This document shows, one piece after another, positions 1 through 9,434 of a stretch of DNA of 64,000 bases. Source of the DNA: Patescibacteria group bacterium (GTDB lineage Bacteria > Patescibacteriota > Patescibacteriia > UBA1558 > S5-K13); assembly GCA_028692545.1 (NCBI GenBank), contig JAQUXC010000004.1, forward strand, positions 630 through 64,629. Reading direction: 5' to 3'. A program made the translations under genes and the position numbers. Every line of letters starts with the position of its first letter. Position 1 is the stretch's first letter. The notes under the pieces were generated by a model. The model saw only the letters and a program-made list of their open reading frames with translations, was not told where the DNA came from and searched no databases.

Positions 1-1087
1 GTGTTGGTTTAATATTCTCACACAAGTCCTTGATACTTTTACTCATTCCTGTTCCATATACCAACCTATCATTATCATATTTAGAAATTCCTACAATTGG
101 AATATTTATATTTATTTTCCTGAATAATTTAGAAATGTAATCAACTTGTGGTTTTCCACCGTCTATCATTATCAAATCGGGTCTTTGCCATTCATTATGA
201 TTTAATCTTCTTGAAATTACTTCTTCAAGTGCTCTTTCATCATCCCCTGCTGGTGCAGTTTTTATTTTAAATAATCTGTATTCATTTTTGTTTGCCTCAC
301 CATTTTCAAAAACAACCATTGATCCATATGATTCATGACCTCCAAAATGTGAAATATCATAGCCCTCTATTCTATTTATTTTCTCATTTATATCATCTTC
401 GTTTGTAAGAAGTGATACATCTTGGATATGTTTTAAAAATTTTGCTTTCTCAGGAGATTCTTCCATTAATTTTTTTAATAATCGTTTTTTTTCTCCGGAC
501 AGAAACAAAATAATATTAGAAATATTCTTTTTGTAATCTTTTTTTGATATTTCTGAAATACAAGTTCCTGGACATAATCCAATTTGATAATCAAAACAAG
601 GTTTTCCATTATTTGGAACACATGTGCTATATGGAAATATTCGTCTTATAATTTTTAGTGCATTTTGAATAAGATAAAGTGATTGATAAGGGCCAAATAC
701 TGCAAATTTATTTACAGGAAATTTGTGCAATTCACGTTCTCTTATTAATTTAACTTTTGGAAAATCACTATTTTTATCAATTGCAATGTAGATAAAAGAT
801 CTATTGTCTTTGTCTTTTATATTATATTTTGGCCAATATTTTTTGATATTTTTTGCTTCTAATATAATTGCTTCAAGTAAATTATCTGTTTCAATATATT
901 TAATATCATATGCGAGTGATACCATTTCAGCAATTCTTATATCAATATTTTTTTGAAAGTATTGTGAAACTCTGTTTTTCAAACTTGTTGCACGACCAAC
1001 ATAAAGAATGTGTTTATTTTTATCTATAAAAAAATATACCCCGCTAGATTTAGGAAATTTTTTAATTTTATCTTTTAATTTTGTCAT
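1..1087 (-). CDS. uvrC: Excinuclease ABC subunit C, 3' end outside the window (not in the ORF track)
   Basis: Manual translation from ATG at 1087: MTKLKDKIKKFPKSSGVYFF...ILYVGRATSLKNRVSQYF (GIY-YIG), LEAIILEA, Cys cluster, RIEGYDISH, PDLIMIDGG (RNase H-like domain). Confidence 0.93.
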   Translation of the reverse strand, partial: MTKLKDKIKKFPKSSGVYFFIDKNKHILYVGRATSLKNRVSQYFQKNIDIRIAEMVSLAYDIKYIETDNLLEAIILEAKNIKKYWPKYNIKDKDNRSFIYIAIDKNSDFPKVKLIRERELHKFPVNKFAVFGPYQSLYLIQNALKIIRRIFPYSTCVPNNGKPCFDYQIGLCPGTCISEISKKDYKKNISNIILFLSGEKKRLLKKLMEESPEKAKFLKHIQDVSLLTNEDDINEKINRIEGYDISHFGGHESYGSMVVFENGEANKNEYRLFKIKTAPAGDDERALEEVISRRLNHNEWQRPDLIMIDGGKPQVDYISKLFRKININIPIVGISKYDNDRLVYGTGMSKSIKDLCENIKPT

Positions 1088-1120
1088 GAATTAATATTAT
1101 AATAAATAGCTAATTTTGAC

Positions 1121-1156
1121 TATATCCTGTGAGATGATATTATCTCACAGGATATA
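1121..1156. repeat. Perfect 15-bp inverted repeat upstream of the RAYT gene
   Basis: tatatcctgtgagat-gatatt-atctcacaggatata. Confidence 0.85.
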
Positions 1157-1211
1157 TTGACATATAAATTAGAAATAATAAGATATATACATAATCATTT
1201 GAAAAGCGATT

Positions 1212-1826
1212 ATGAACAAAAATAAAGCCTTATTATTCAAAAATAAATATAGAATTGAATCAATTCGATTAAAAAATTGGGATTATTCTGATCCTGGTTT
1301 TTATTTTATTACCATTTGTATAAAAGATAGAGAAAATATATTTGGTGAAATCATTGATGGAAAAATGGTTTTAAATATATATGGGTATATTGTGAAATAT
1401 TGTTGTCGTGATTTACCAAATCATTATAAAAATTGTATTGTGGATTCATATGTAATAATGCCGAATCATTTCCATGGGATAATACAAATCAAAGATGCGG
1501 TTCGCGTTGGGATGGTTCGCGACGCATTTGTAGAGACGATTCATGAATCGTCTCTACGCGAACCATCCCAACGGGTCCGACGTGAATCGTCCAAATGCAA
1601 ACACAACACAAAACAACGACGTAAAATGTTATTATCAAAAATAATTGGACGGTTCAAAATGCAATCATCCAAAAAAATCAATTTGGTAAATCACGCAATA
1701 TATTTTCGTTGGCAAAAATCATATTACGAATACATAATCAGAAATGAACAATCATTATATAGAATTCGACAATATATAAAAAACAATCCAATAAATTGGG
1801 ATTGCGACAGAAATAATAACAAATAA
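1212..1826 (+). mobile_element. RAYT-like HUH (Y1) tyrosine transposase
   Basis: RLKNWDYSDPGFYFITIC, MPNHFHGII (HUH), WQKSYYEYIIR, YIKNNP. Confidence 0.88.
1505..1573. repeat. In-frame REP-like hairpin inside the RAYT gene
   Basis: Perfect 28-nt palindrome GTAGAGACGATTCATGAATCGTCTCTAC (1530-1557) enclosed by a 17-bp inverted repeat (1505-1521/1557-1573). Confidence 0.85.
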
Positions 1827-1827
1827 T

Positions 1828-1989
1828 TTATTTATTTTTCTGTTTTTTAATTATTTTTACAACCCCAAAAATCACGAACAATAATCCCAATCCTTGTGCG
1901 CCGGGACTATCATCATATCCGCCATAAACAAATATAAAAATACCGAACAGTATTAATGGAATTAAATATAATAGTTTTTTGAGTTTCAT
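1828..1989 (-). CDS. Small two-TM membrane protein (likely start 1989, MKLKKLLYLIP...)
   Basis: Two hydrophobic segments around YGGYDDSPGAQG; the 5' end is duplicated at 3252-3354. Confidence 0.65.
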   Translation of the reverse strand: MKLKKLLYLIPLILFGIFIFVYGGYDDSPGAQGLGLLFVIFGVVKIIKKQKNK

Positions 1990-2058
1990 ATAATTTTTCT
2001 TTTTCTTATCTCTAAACATAAATTATTCCCGCCTCAATATAATTTATAATTGTTCCGA

Positions 2059-2077
2059 AATCCCGCTTCGCGGGATT
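2059..2077. repeat. Palindromic micro-element
   Basis: aatcccgcttcgcgggatt; contains GCGAAGC on the minus strand. Confidence 0.7.
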
Positions 2078-2119
2078 ATTTTTCATATAGGTTTGTTAAG
2101 AATTTATTTTACAACAACA

Positions 2120-3181
2120 TTATTTTATAATTTTATATCTTGTGCTTCTTCCCTGACCAATTCTTTCAACTAATCTAAGTGTTAATAATTTTCTAAGTGC
2201 TTGTTTGATAGTAACTAGTGGAATATAATTATTTAATTTTTCATTAATTTCTGAAACACTCAAAGTTTCTCCATTTTTTAATAATTCAAAAACTATCTCT
2301 TGTTTTCCTGACAAAAGTTTTTCTGGTTGTTGTAAGTTCATTAATTCTTTTGCTTTTTCTGCTTGTATGAATAATTTATCAAGAAAAAAACTTAACCATG
2401 GAGTAATATCCTCATTCTTTGTTTTATGGTTTTTTTGAGTAGCTCTAAGTGAAAGATAATAATCATCTTTATTATCTTCTATTATTTCATCAATAGAAAT
2501 ATATGGAACATATGCATAATTATTACGAAGTAAAAGTAAATTTGTAAGAGCTCTGCTTAAACGACCATTTCCATCAAGAAAAGGATGGATAGCTAAAAAT
2601 TCAAATATAAAATTTGCAATAATCAAAATTGGATGTAATTCTTTTTTATCAAATTGTTCATTTGTCCAAGAAATAATTGATTCCATTTCTGGTTTTACTA
2701 AATAAGGTTTTGTTGGATTAAATAAAACAATTTCTTCTCCTGTTTCATTTTTCATTATTACTGTATTTTCTGAACTTTTATATTTCCCTAAATGAGATTG
2801 ATCTTTCTTTGAAAATTGCAAAAGAATACTATGAAATTGAAGTATGTTATTTTCTGTTAATTTAAGTGTATTATAATTATCAAAAATTTTACCAAGCAAG
2901 TCAGCATAACCAGCGACCTCTTCTTCGTCACGATTTTTAGGTGGATTGAGTTTTAATCCGCGAAGCAATCTAGCCACTTCTTCATCTGTCATTTTTGATC
3001 CTTCAATACGAGTAGAAGCACCAGTGGAAGTTATAATAACAGAAGATTTCAGGCGACCTAAAATTTGTGGATTAAGTTTCAAACTTCCACGCCAAAGACC
3101 CTTAAATTCATCTATTTTAGTTATTTTACCTAGTATTTCTTGATTTAATTTAATTCTATCGTAAAATCTATCTTTTTCCAT
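2120..3181 (-). CDS. Fic family protein with C-terminal winged HTH
   Basis: HPFLDGNGRLSR Fic motif; N-terminal STRIEG inhibitory-type motif; C-terminal RIGQGRSTRY. Confidence 0.92.
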   Translation of the reverse strand: MEKDRFYDRIKLNQEILGKITKIDEFKGLWRGSLKLNPQILGRLKSSVIITSTGASTRIEGSKMTDEEVARLLRGLKLNPPKNRDEEEVAGYADLLGKIFDNYNTLKLTENNILQFHSILLQFSKKDQSHLGKYKSSENTVIMKNETGEEIVLFNPTKPYLVKPEMESIISWTNEQFDKKELHPILIIANFIFEFLAIHPFLDGNGRLSRALTNLLLLRNNYAYVPYISIDEIIEDNKDDYYLSLRATQKNHKTKNEDITPWLSFFLDKLFIQAEKAKELMNLQQPEKLLSGKQEIVFELLKNGETLSVSEINEKLNNYIPLVTIKQALRKLLTLRLVERIGQGRSTRYKIIK

Positions 3182-3212
3182 ATTTTTAATGTTTTAATCA
3201 TATATATTTAAC

Positions 3213-3249
3213 TATATACGATTATATACGAAAGTATCTAAAAAGTCAA
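3213..3249 (-). promoter_or_regulatory. Sigma70-type promoter for fic with tandem operator-like repeats
   Basis: Minus strand TTGACT (3249-3244), 17 bp, TATAAT (3226-3221); tatatacga twice at 3213 and 3223. Confidence 0.65.
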
Positions 3250-3251
3250 AT

Positions 3252-3354
3252 CCCAGGGCTACGCCGAAGCCTTGGCGAAGGCGAGGCCATAAAAAAACAC
3301 AAAAATACCGAATAGTATTAATGGAATTAAATATAATAGTTTTTTAGTTTTCAT
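3252..3354 (-). pseudogene. Truncated duplicate of the 1828-1989 gene, interrupted by a palindromic element
   Basis: Reads MKTKKLLYLIPLILFGIFVFFYG, then ctcgccttcgccaaggcttcggcg and a stop; high nucleotide similarity to 1921-1989. Confidence 0.8.
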
Positions 3355-3365
3355 GTGGGCTTATT

Positions 3366-3632
3366 TTAAATTTTAGCTTTATTTAATATATTATCAATTA
3401 TCCAATATTTGTAATTACCAATATTTAAATAATTATATATTTTTGAATCAAATAAGGATTCATAACCTTTTATTTTTAATTCATTTGATAAACTATCTAA
3501 AAATGTTGTCTTGCCTTCTCCCCATTTACCAGAAATGCCAAAAATAAATGATTCATTTTGGATATTATCATAATTTTTTTCTATAATATCTACAACATTT
3601 TTTATAAATTTTTCTCTACTTTTTATTTGCAT
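3366..3632 (-). pseudogene. KAP-family P-loop NTPase N-terminal fragment
   Basis: FIFGISGKWGEGKTTF Walker A; only 88 aa. Confidence 0.65.
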
Positions 3633-3687
3633 ATATTTACTAATTCATATTTTATCTAATACTAATCTTTATAATATTCTAATTTAC

Positions 3688-6204
3688 CTATTTCTTCAAA
3701 TAACTCTTCAAATATTCCCCAGTCACACTTTTTTCATTTCTAACAATATCTTCAGGTGTTCCATAAGCAATTACACGACCACCATTTTCTCCACCATCAG
3801 GACCCAAGTCAATTATATAATCCATTGATTTTATAACATGCAAATTATGCTCAATAATCAGAATTGTGTTTCCACGTTCTACAAGTTTGTTTAACACGTG
3901 GAGCAACAATTCAATATCATGATAATGAAGTCCTGTTGTGGGCTCATCCAACAAATACAATGTGCGTTTTCCAAGTGTGTTTGTAAGCTCTTTTGCGAGT
4001 TTTATGCGCTGAGCTTCTCCACCTGAAAGAGTTGTTGCTGATTGTCCCAGCTTCAAATATCCAAGTCCAACTTCTATTAGAACTTTTAATTTATCAGTTA
4101 TAAAGTAATTTCCGTCAAAAAGTTTGTATGCCTCATCAATTGTGAGGTCTAGCACATCAGCAATACTATGATTTTTGTATTTTACTTGTAATGTTTCTCT
4201 GTTAAATCTTTTGCCATGACATACTTCACACTCCACAAGTACTGGTGGTAAAAAATGCATTTCAATAAGGTTAAATCCTGCTCCAGAACACGCTTCACAT
4301 CTTCCACCTGCTCGATTGAATGAAAAACGAGATAATGTATATGCTCTTTCACGTGATTCTGGAAGTTCTGCAAAAAATTCTCTAATTGGTGAAAATATTC
4401 CAGTATATGTTGCTGGATTTGATCGTGGAGTTCGACCAATTGGTGATTGATTTATAATTACTAATTTATCAACATATTCTAATCCTTTTATTTCTTTTAC
4501 ATTTTCTAAATTTGGTTTTGCGGGTCTACTCATAATCTTTGAAACATTTTTGTATAACACATCATATATAAGAGATGATTTTCCACTTCCTGAAACTCCA
4601 GTAATACTAACCATACGGCCAAGAGGAATTTCTACATTTACTCCTTTTAGATTATTTGCTTTTGCACCTATAATTTTTATAGCTCCTTTATTTTTCTCAC
4701 GTCGGTGTGCAGGAACTTCGATTTTTCTCTGTCCTCTTAAATATTGCAAAGTCAAAGATTTTTGGAATTTTGATCGCGACGTAGCCGAAGGCGAAGTCGG
4801 ATCAAGTAATTCTAAAGTATTTCCAATTGCCATGACTTCCCCTCCGTGAACTCCAGCAAGAGGTCCAAGATCTACTAAATAATCTGATTCAAGAATAGTT
4901 CTTTCGTCGTGCTCAACAATTATTACAGTATTATTTTTATCGCGTAATGCTTTTAGAGTTTCAATTAATCTGTCAGTGTCTCTTTCATGGAGTCCAATTG
5001 TTGGCTCATCTAAAACATATAGTGTTCGAGAAAGTTGAGATCCAATCTGTGATGATAATCTTATACGTTGTGCTTCTCCACCTGACAATGTTTCTGCTTC
5101 ACGACTAAGTGATAAATAATTCAATCCAACTTTTGATAAAAACTCATATCTATTTATAATTTGATTAATTACCAAATCAGCAATTGCCTTTTGTCGCTTT
5201 GTCATTTTGTCTTGGAAGTGTTTGAAAAATTCAATTGCCTTATCAATAGACAAATCACAAACTTCTGCAATATTCTTTTTGTTTATTTTTACTGACAATG
5301 CTTCATCACGTAATCTTCTACCATTACATTTGTCACATACTTTTCCTTTGAAACCAATTTTTCCCAAACCAGAACATTTTTCACATGCACCATGAGGAGA
5401 ATTAAATGAAAATAATCTTGGCTCTACTTCTGGAAATGAAAAACTATCATTTGGACAAGTCCAGTTTGACGATAATAAAAATTCTTCTTTGTTTATTTGA
5501 ACAACTACAAGACCTTTACTATATGCTAGTGAACTTTCTACTGCTTCAAATAATCTCGTTTCATCAGTTAGCATTACCTTATCAACTACCAAATCAATGC
5601 TGTGCTTTTTCTTTGGGTCTAATACAATTTTTTCTCGAAGTGAATGCATTTTTCCATCAACTCTAACTTCTCCATAGCCAAGTTTTAGATAATCATAAAG
5701 CATTTGATAATATTCACCTTTTCTGTCCATGACAATTGGTGAAAGTATTACTGCAAAGTCCTTATCACCTACTTTTTTAGAAATAATAATATCTATCATT
5801 TCCTCAAGAGATAATTTTTCTATTTTTGTTCCGCAAAGTGGACAAAATACTTCACCAACTCTCGCATAAAGAATTCTTAAGTAATCATAAATATCAGTAA
5901 GTGTTCCAACTGTAGACCTTGGATTATGTGATAGAGCTTTTTGGTCAATAGAAATTGATGGAGCAAGTCCAATTATTTCATCAACATCAGCGGGTTTTTT
6001 TTGTCCCAAAAATTGTCTCATGTATGGTGAAAGTGACTCAACATATTGACGCTGACCTTCAGCAAAAATTGTATCAAAAGCAAGAGACGATTTCCCACTT
6101 CCAGAAAGTCCTGTTATTACTGTTAATTTGTTGTGCGGAATTTCTAAATCTATGTTTTTTAGATTATGCATTCTCGCACCATGTATAATTATTTTTTCTT
6201 CCAT
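3688..6204 (-). CDS. uvrA: Excinuclease ABC subunit A
   Basis: GLSGSGKSS and GVSGSGKSS, two LSGGEAQR signatures, zinc fingers. Confidence 0.97.
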   Translation of the reverse strand: MEEKIIIHGARMHNLKNIDLEIPHNKLTVITGLSGSGKSSLAFDTIFAEGQRQYVESLSPYMRQFLGQKKPADVDEIIGLAPSISIDQKALSHNPRSTVGTLTDIYDYLRILYARVGEVFCPLCGTKIEKLSLEEMIDIIISKKVGDKDFAVILSPIVMDRKGEYYQMLYDYLKLGYGEVRVDGKMHSLREKIVLDPKKKHSIDLVVDKVMLTDETRLFEAVESSLAYSKGLVVVQINKEEFLLSSNWTCPNDSFSFPEVEPRLFSFNSPHGACEKCSGLGKIGFKGKVCDKCNGRRLRDEALSVKINKKNIAEVCDLSIDKAIEFFKHFQDKMTKRQKAIADLVINQIINRYEFLSKVGLNYLSLSREAETLSGGEAQRIRLSSQIGSQLSRTLYVLDEPTIGLHERDTDRLIETLKALRDKNNTVIIVEHDERTILESDYLVDLGPLAGVHGGEVMAIGNTLELLDPTSPSATSRSKFQKSLTLQYLRGQRKIEVPAHRREKNKGAIKIIGAKANNLKGVNVEIPLGRMVSITGVSGSGKSSLIYDVLYKNVSKIMSRPAKPNLENVKEIKGLEYVDKLVIINQSPIGRTPRSNPATYTGIFSPIREFFAELPESRERAYTLSRFSFNRAGGRCEACSGAGFNLIEMHFLPPVLVECEVCHGKRFNRETLQVKYKNHSIADVLDLTIDEAYKLFDGNYFITDKLKVLIEVGLGYLKLGQSATTLSGGEAQRIKLAKELTNTLGKRTLYLLDEPTTGLHYHDIELLLHVLNKLVERGNTILIIEHNLHVIKSMDYIIDLGPDGGENGGRVIAYGTPEDIVRNEKSVTGEYLKSYLKK
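4771..4804. repeat. In-frame palindromic element in uvrA
   Basis: tgatcgcgacgtagccgaaggcgaagtcggatca, a GC-rich island encoding [11 protein letters not shown]. Confidence 0.75.
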
Positions 6205-6218
6205 ATACTAATTTTTTT

Positions 6219-6293
6219 ATGCCAATATACAAATGACATACCAATTATACAAATGACATTCGTATTATTGGTATAAATTTGTATATTAGTATT
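6219..6293. repeat. AT-rich dispersed hairpin repeat, copy 1 (uninterrupted)
   Basis: atgccaatatacaaatgacataccaattatacaaatgacattcgtattattggtataaatttgtatattagt; homologues at about 17037 and 39272. Confidence 0.8.
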
Positions 6294-6297
6294 ATAT

Positions 6298-8139
6298 TTA
6301 CTCGTTATTATTGGCAATATCCAAGAAATCTTCTATATCCTTTATTATAGTTTTTGGAACAATGTTATTCTTTTTATTATATTCAATTTGCTTTTTTCTA
6401 CGTCTTTCTACTTCTTTTATTGCCTTTTTCATTGAGTCAGTTGTTTTATCAGCATAAAGAATTATTTTTCCTTTTACATTTCGCGCTGCACGACCCATTG
6501 TTTGCATAAGCGATGTCTCACTTCTTAAAAATCCTTCACGATCAGCATCAAGTATTGCAACAAGAGTTACTTCTGGTAAATCCAATCCTTCACGAAGTAA
6601 ATTTACACCGATCAAAACATCAAATTTTCCAAGACGAAAGTTTTTTAGTATTTCATTTCTTTCAAAAGTTTTTACATCAGAGTGTACATAATTAGATCTA
6701 AATTTATGTTCAGTTAAATACGCATGCAAATCCTCAGCTTGTTTTTTTGTTAAAGTATTTACAATTACTCTCTCATGTATTTTTGCAAGTCTTTCAATCT
6801 CATCCATTATGTCATTTATTTGGCTTCTGTTGGTTTTTTTATCGAACACTGGTCTAATTTCCACTTCTGGGTCAATGAGGCCTGTAGGACGTATAATTTG
6901 CTCTACAATGGCCTTAGAATGCTCATATTCGAACTTTCCAGGAGTTGCAGTTGTAAAAATTACTTGCCCAATTCTTTTTTTAAATTCTTCAAATCTCAGT
7001 GGTCTATTATCAAGTGCAGATGGCAATCTCCAACCATATTTTACAAGCGCTTGTTTTCTACTTCTATCACCTTCATACATTCCACCAATTTGTGGAACTG
7101 CAATATGTGATTCATCTATAATTGTTAAAAAATCTGGTTTGCCATTTTTTACAGGAAAATATGCGAGTAATGAGTCGGGTGATTCTCCGGCTAATTTTCC
7201 TGACAAATGTCTTGAGTAATTTTCTATTCCATGACAATATCCAATTGATCTAATCATTTCCATATCATATTTAGTACGTCTCTCTAATCTTTCAGCTTCT
7301 AAATACAATTTATTTTTTTTAAAATAAGATAATCTTTCTTTCAATTCTGCTTTTATATTTTTCAAAGCAATTTTTATCTGAGGTGCGTTTGATATAAAAT
7401 GCTTCGGAGGAAAAATTAATATCTCTCTTAAATTTTCTAAAATATTTTGGGTAACATTATCTACAACATCAATACTTTCTATTTTTTGATCTTTTAATTC
7501 AATTCTATAAGTAATATCTTGGTCCATTGGTTTTAATTCAAACACATCACCTCTTATTCTAAATTGTCCACGAGTCAAAACTCCGCTCGTTCTTTCAAAT
7601 TGAATTCTTACAAATTGTGTTATTAAATCAGCTCTTACAATTTCTTGATCTTTTTCTAAATGAATTGATGATTCTTGATAATTTTCCGGAACTCCTAAAT
7701 TATAAATACATGAAACAGATGCAACAACTATTACATCTCGCCTTGTTGATAATGCAGTTGTAGCACCATGGCGAAGTTTATCAATCTCCTGATTTATCAT
7801 TGCTTCTTTATCAATATAGGTATCAGTAATTGGCAAATATGCTTCTGGTTGATAATAATCATAATAAGAAACAAAATAATGAACTGCGTTTTCAGGGAAA
7901 AAGTTTTTATATTCTCTGTATAATTGTGCTGCTAATGATTTGTTTGGTGCAATTACAAGAACGGGTTTATCAATACCAGAGATAATATTTGCGACTGTAA
8001 ATGTTTTACCAGATCCTGTGACACCCATAAGTGTTTCAAAATCAAAACCTTTCTCAAGTCCCTTTTTGAGTTTCATAATTGCCTCTGGTTGATCGCCAGC
8101 TGGCTTAAATGAAGATTTTAATTTAAATAGTTTTGCCAT
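6298..8139 (-). CDS. uvrB: Excinuclease ABC subunit B (likely start 8139)
   Basis: PAGDQP, GVTGSGKT, YYDYYQPEAY, IIDESH, NLLREGLDLPEV, QTMGRAAR. Confidence 0.97.
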   Translation of the reverse strand: MAKLFKLKSSFKPAGDQPEAIMKLKKGLEKGFDFETLMGVTGSGKTFTVANIISGIDKPVLVIAPNKSLAAQLYREYKNFFPENAVHYFVSYYDYYQPEAYLPITDTYIDKEAMINQEIDKLRHGATTALSTRRDVIVVASVSCIYNLGVPENYQESSIHLEKDQEIVRADLITQFVRIQFERTSGVLTRGQFRIRGDVFELKPMDQDITYRIELKDQKIESIDVVDNVTQNILENLREILIFPPKHFISNAPQIKIALKNIKAELKERLSYFKKNKLYLEAERLERRTKYDMEMIRSIGYCHGIENYSRHLSGKLAGESPDSLLAYFPVKNGKPDFLTIIDESHIAVPQIGGMYEGDRSRKQALVKYGWRLPSALDNRPLRFEEFKKRIGQVIFTTATPGKFEYEHSKAIVEQIIRPTGLIDPEVEIRPVFDKKTNRSQINDIMDEIERLAKIHERVIVNTLTKKQAEDLHAYLTEHKFRSNYVHSDVKTFERNEILKNFRLGKFDVLIGVNLLREGLDLPEVTLVAILDADREGFLRSETSLMQTMGRAARNVKGKIILYADKTTDSMKKAIKEVERRRKKQIEYNKKNNIVPKTIIKDIEDFLDIANNNE

Positions 8140-8218
8140 ATTTATTTTCGGTAACATTATTACGATTCATAAAACTATACGTTTTATATTTTTTATTTTT
8201 TGTAGTTTTTTTCTATTC

Positions 8219-8522
8219 CACCCTTTTCTAGAAAAGGGTGTAGCCTAAAAGTCGCGAGCACATAAAAATTTTTAAATTTATCATTTCGTCAAGCTAAAAC
8301 TTCAAATGTTACCTATCGGTAACTTGAAGTTTTTTTACGCTTGACTACACTCAAATTTTAATAAAATTTTCATAAGCTCGCAAATAAAATCAGATACAAT
8401 TTTAGATTAAATTGTGCAGTTTAGAAGTTAACGTAAGACGTCTTACGTTTAACGAAACTACCATCGTAGACATATATCATACAACGAAACCAACCACCTA
8501 TTGATGTATAGGGGTTGTATGA
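8219..8522. repeat. Cluster of palindromes and a long imperfect hairpin
   Basis: Perfect palindromes at 8219-8240 and 8430-8449; nested stems 8254-8381; stem 8477-8522. Confidence 0.7.
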
Positions 8523-8562
8523 ATAATTTAATTAATGTGAATTATAACAAAAAAATGCGTTT

Positions 8563-8591
8563 TTGACAACGTTAATTTAATGTGTTAGATT
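8563..8591 (+). promoter_or_regulatory. Sigma70-type promoter
   Basis: TTGACA-17-TAGATT, with GGAGG RBS before ATG 8625. Confidence 0.6.
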
Positions 8592-8624
8592 ATTTAATCA
8601 AAACTAAATTTTCGGGAGGAAATA

Positions 8625-9278
8625 ATGACAAACCAAATATTGGTACCAAATCTTTTAGAGACAATAAACTTTGCTGGGAAATTATTCAGAGAGCGCTTAT
8701 TTTTTAATGTTTTTTCGTATTGTGTGATTCTTATCTTTGTTATTATGAGTAATATTTTGAATATTTATAGTTGGGGATGGGGAATTATTCCATGGTTTTT
8801 TATAGCTTTTATTCTTGGCTGGATATTGAGTAGGGTTAAAAATAAAATATCCCGCAAAGGATATTTTACAAAAAAAATAACCAGATGGATTAAATATCAA
8901 AAATCATATCATAAAGAAAACTTTGTAATGGGAATGTATTTTTGCATACAACATGGATTCCCAGAAATAGAATCTTATGAAGATAAGTTTTTTATAAAAC
9001 ATTATCTAGTAAAGAATTATATTCATTTTATGGATTTGGAATTTATTTTGTCCAATATAAAACTGCTTCAGTATTTAGGAGGTCCAGCAAATTCAGAAAT
9101 TGAATTCAACAAAATCGTCGCTGATTATGTTTTTGAAAAAATTCAAGAACATGAAAAATACAGGGAAGAACAAAACAAAGAACATACCTTCGGAGTAGAG
9201 ATGATTAAAAAATATCATACTTGGTTCAGTGACATAGCACTTCCCAAAGAACAAAGGGAATTCTATAAAAAGATATAA
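8625..9278 (+). CDS. Hypothetical membrane protein
   Basis: Two N-terminal hydrophobic segments; promoter, RBS and terminator present. Confidence 0.7.
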   Translation: MTNQILVPNLLETINFAGKLFRERLFFNVFSYCVILIFVIMSNILNIYSWGWGIIPWFFIAFILGWILSRVKNKISRKGYFTKKITRWIKYQKSYHKENFVMGMYFCIQHGFPEIESYEDKFFIKHYLVKNYIHFMDLEFILSNIKLLQYLGGPANSEIEFNKIVADYVFEKIQEHEKYREEQNKEHTFGVEMIKKYHTWFSDIALPKEQREFYKKI

Positions 9279-9297
9279 TACACTAATAATAAAAAAT

Positions 9298-9326
9298 AAA
9301 ACGTCAGGCGAGGTCTGGCGTTTTTT
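9298..9326 (+). terminator. Intrinsic terminator
   Basis: aaaacgtcaggc-gag-gtctggcgtttttt. Confidence 0.75.
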
Positions 9327-9434
9327 AATACAATAAGTGCGTATTATGAATATATTTTATAGTAGAAAATATAGATAAAACTAGTTTCATAAAAAATCGA
9401 TGGGTTAAACTTGATGATTTTTTTATAAATAATA

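Noticed and set aside
4182-7219. Short ORFs inside uvrA and uvrB (and similar ones inside ppdK, mgtA, typA and the glycan genes)
   Set aside because: Shadow ORFs within well-supported genes, without motifs
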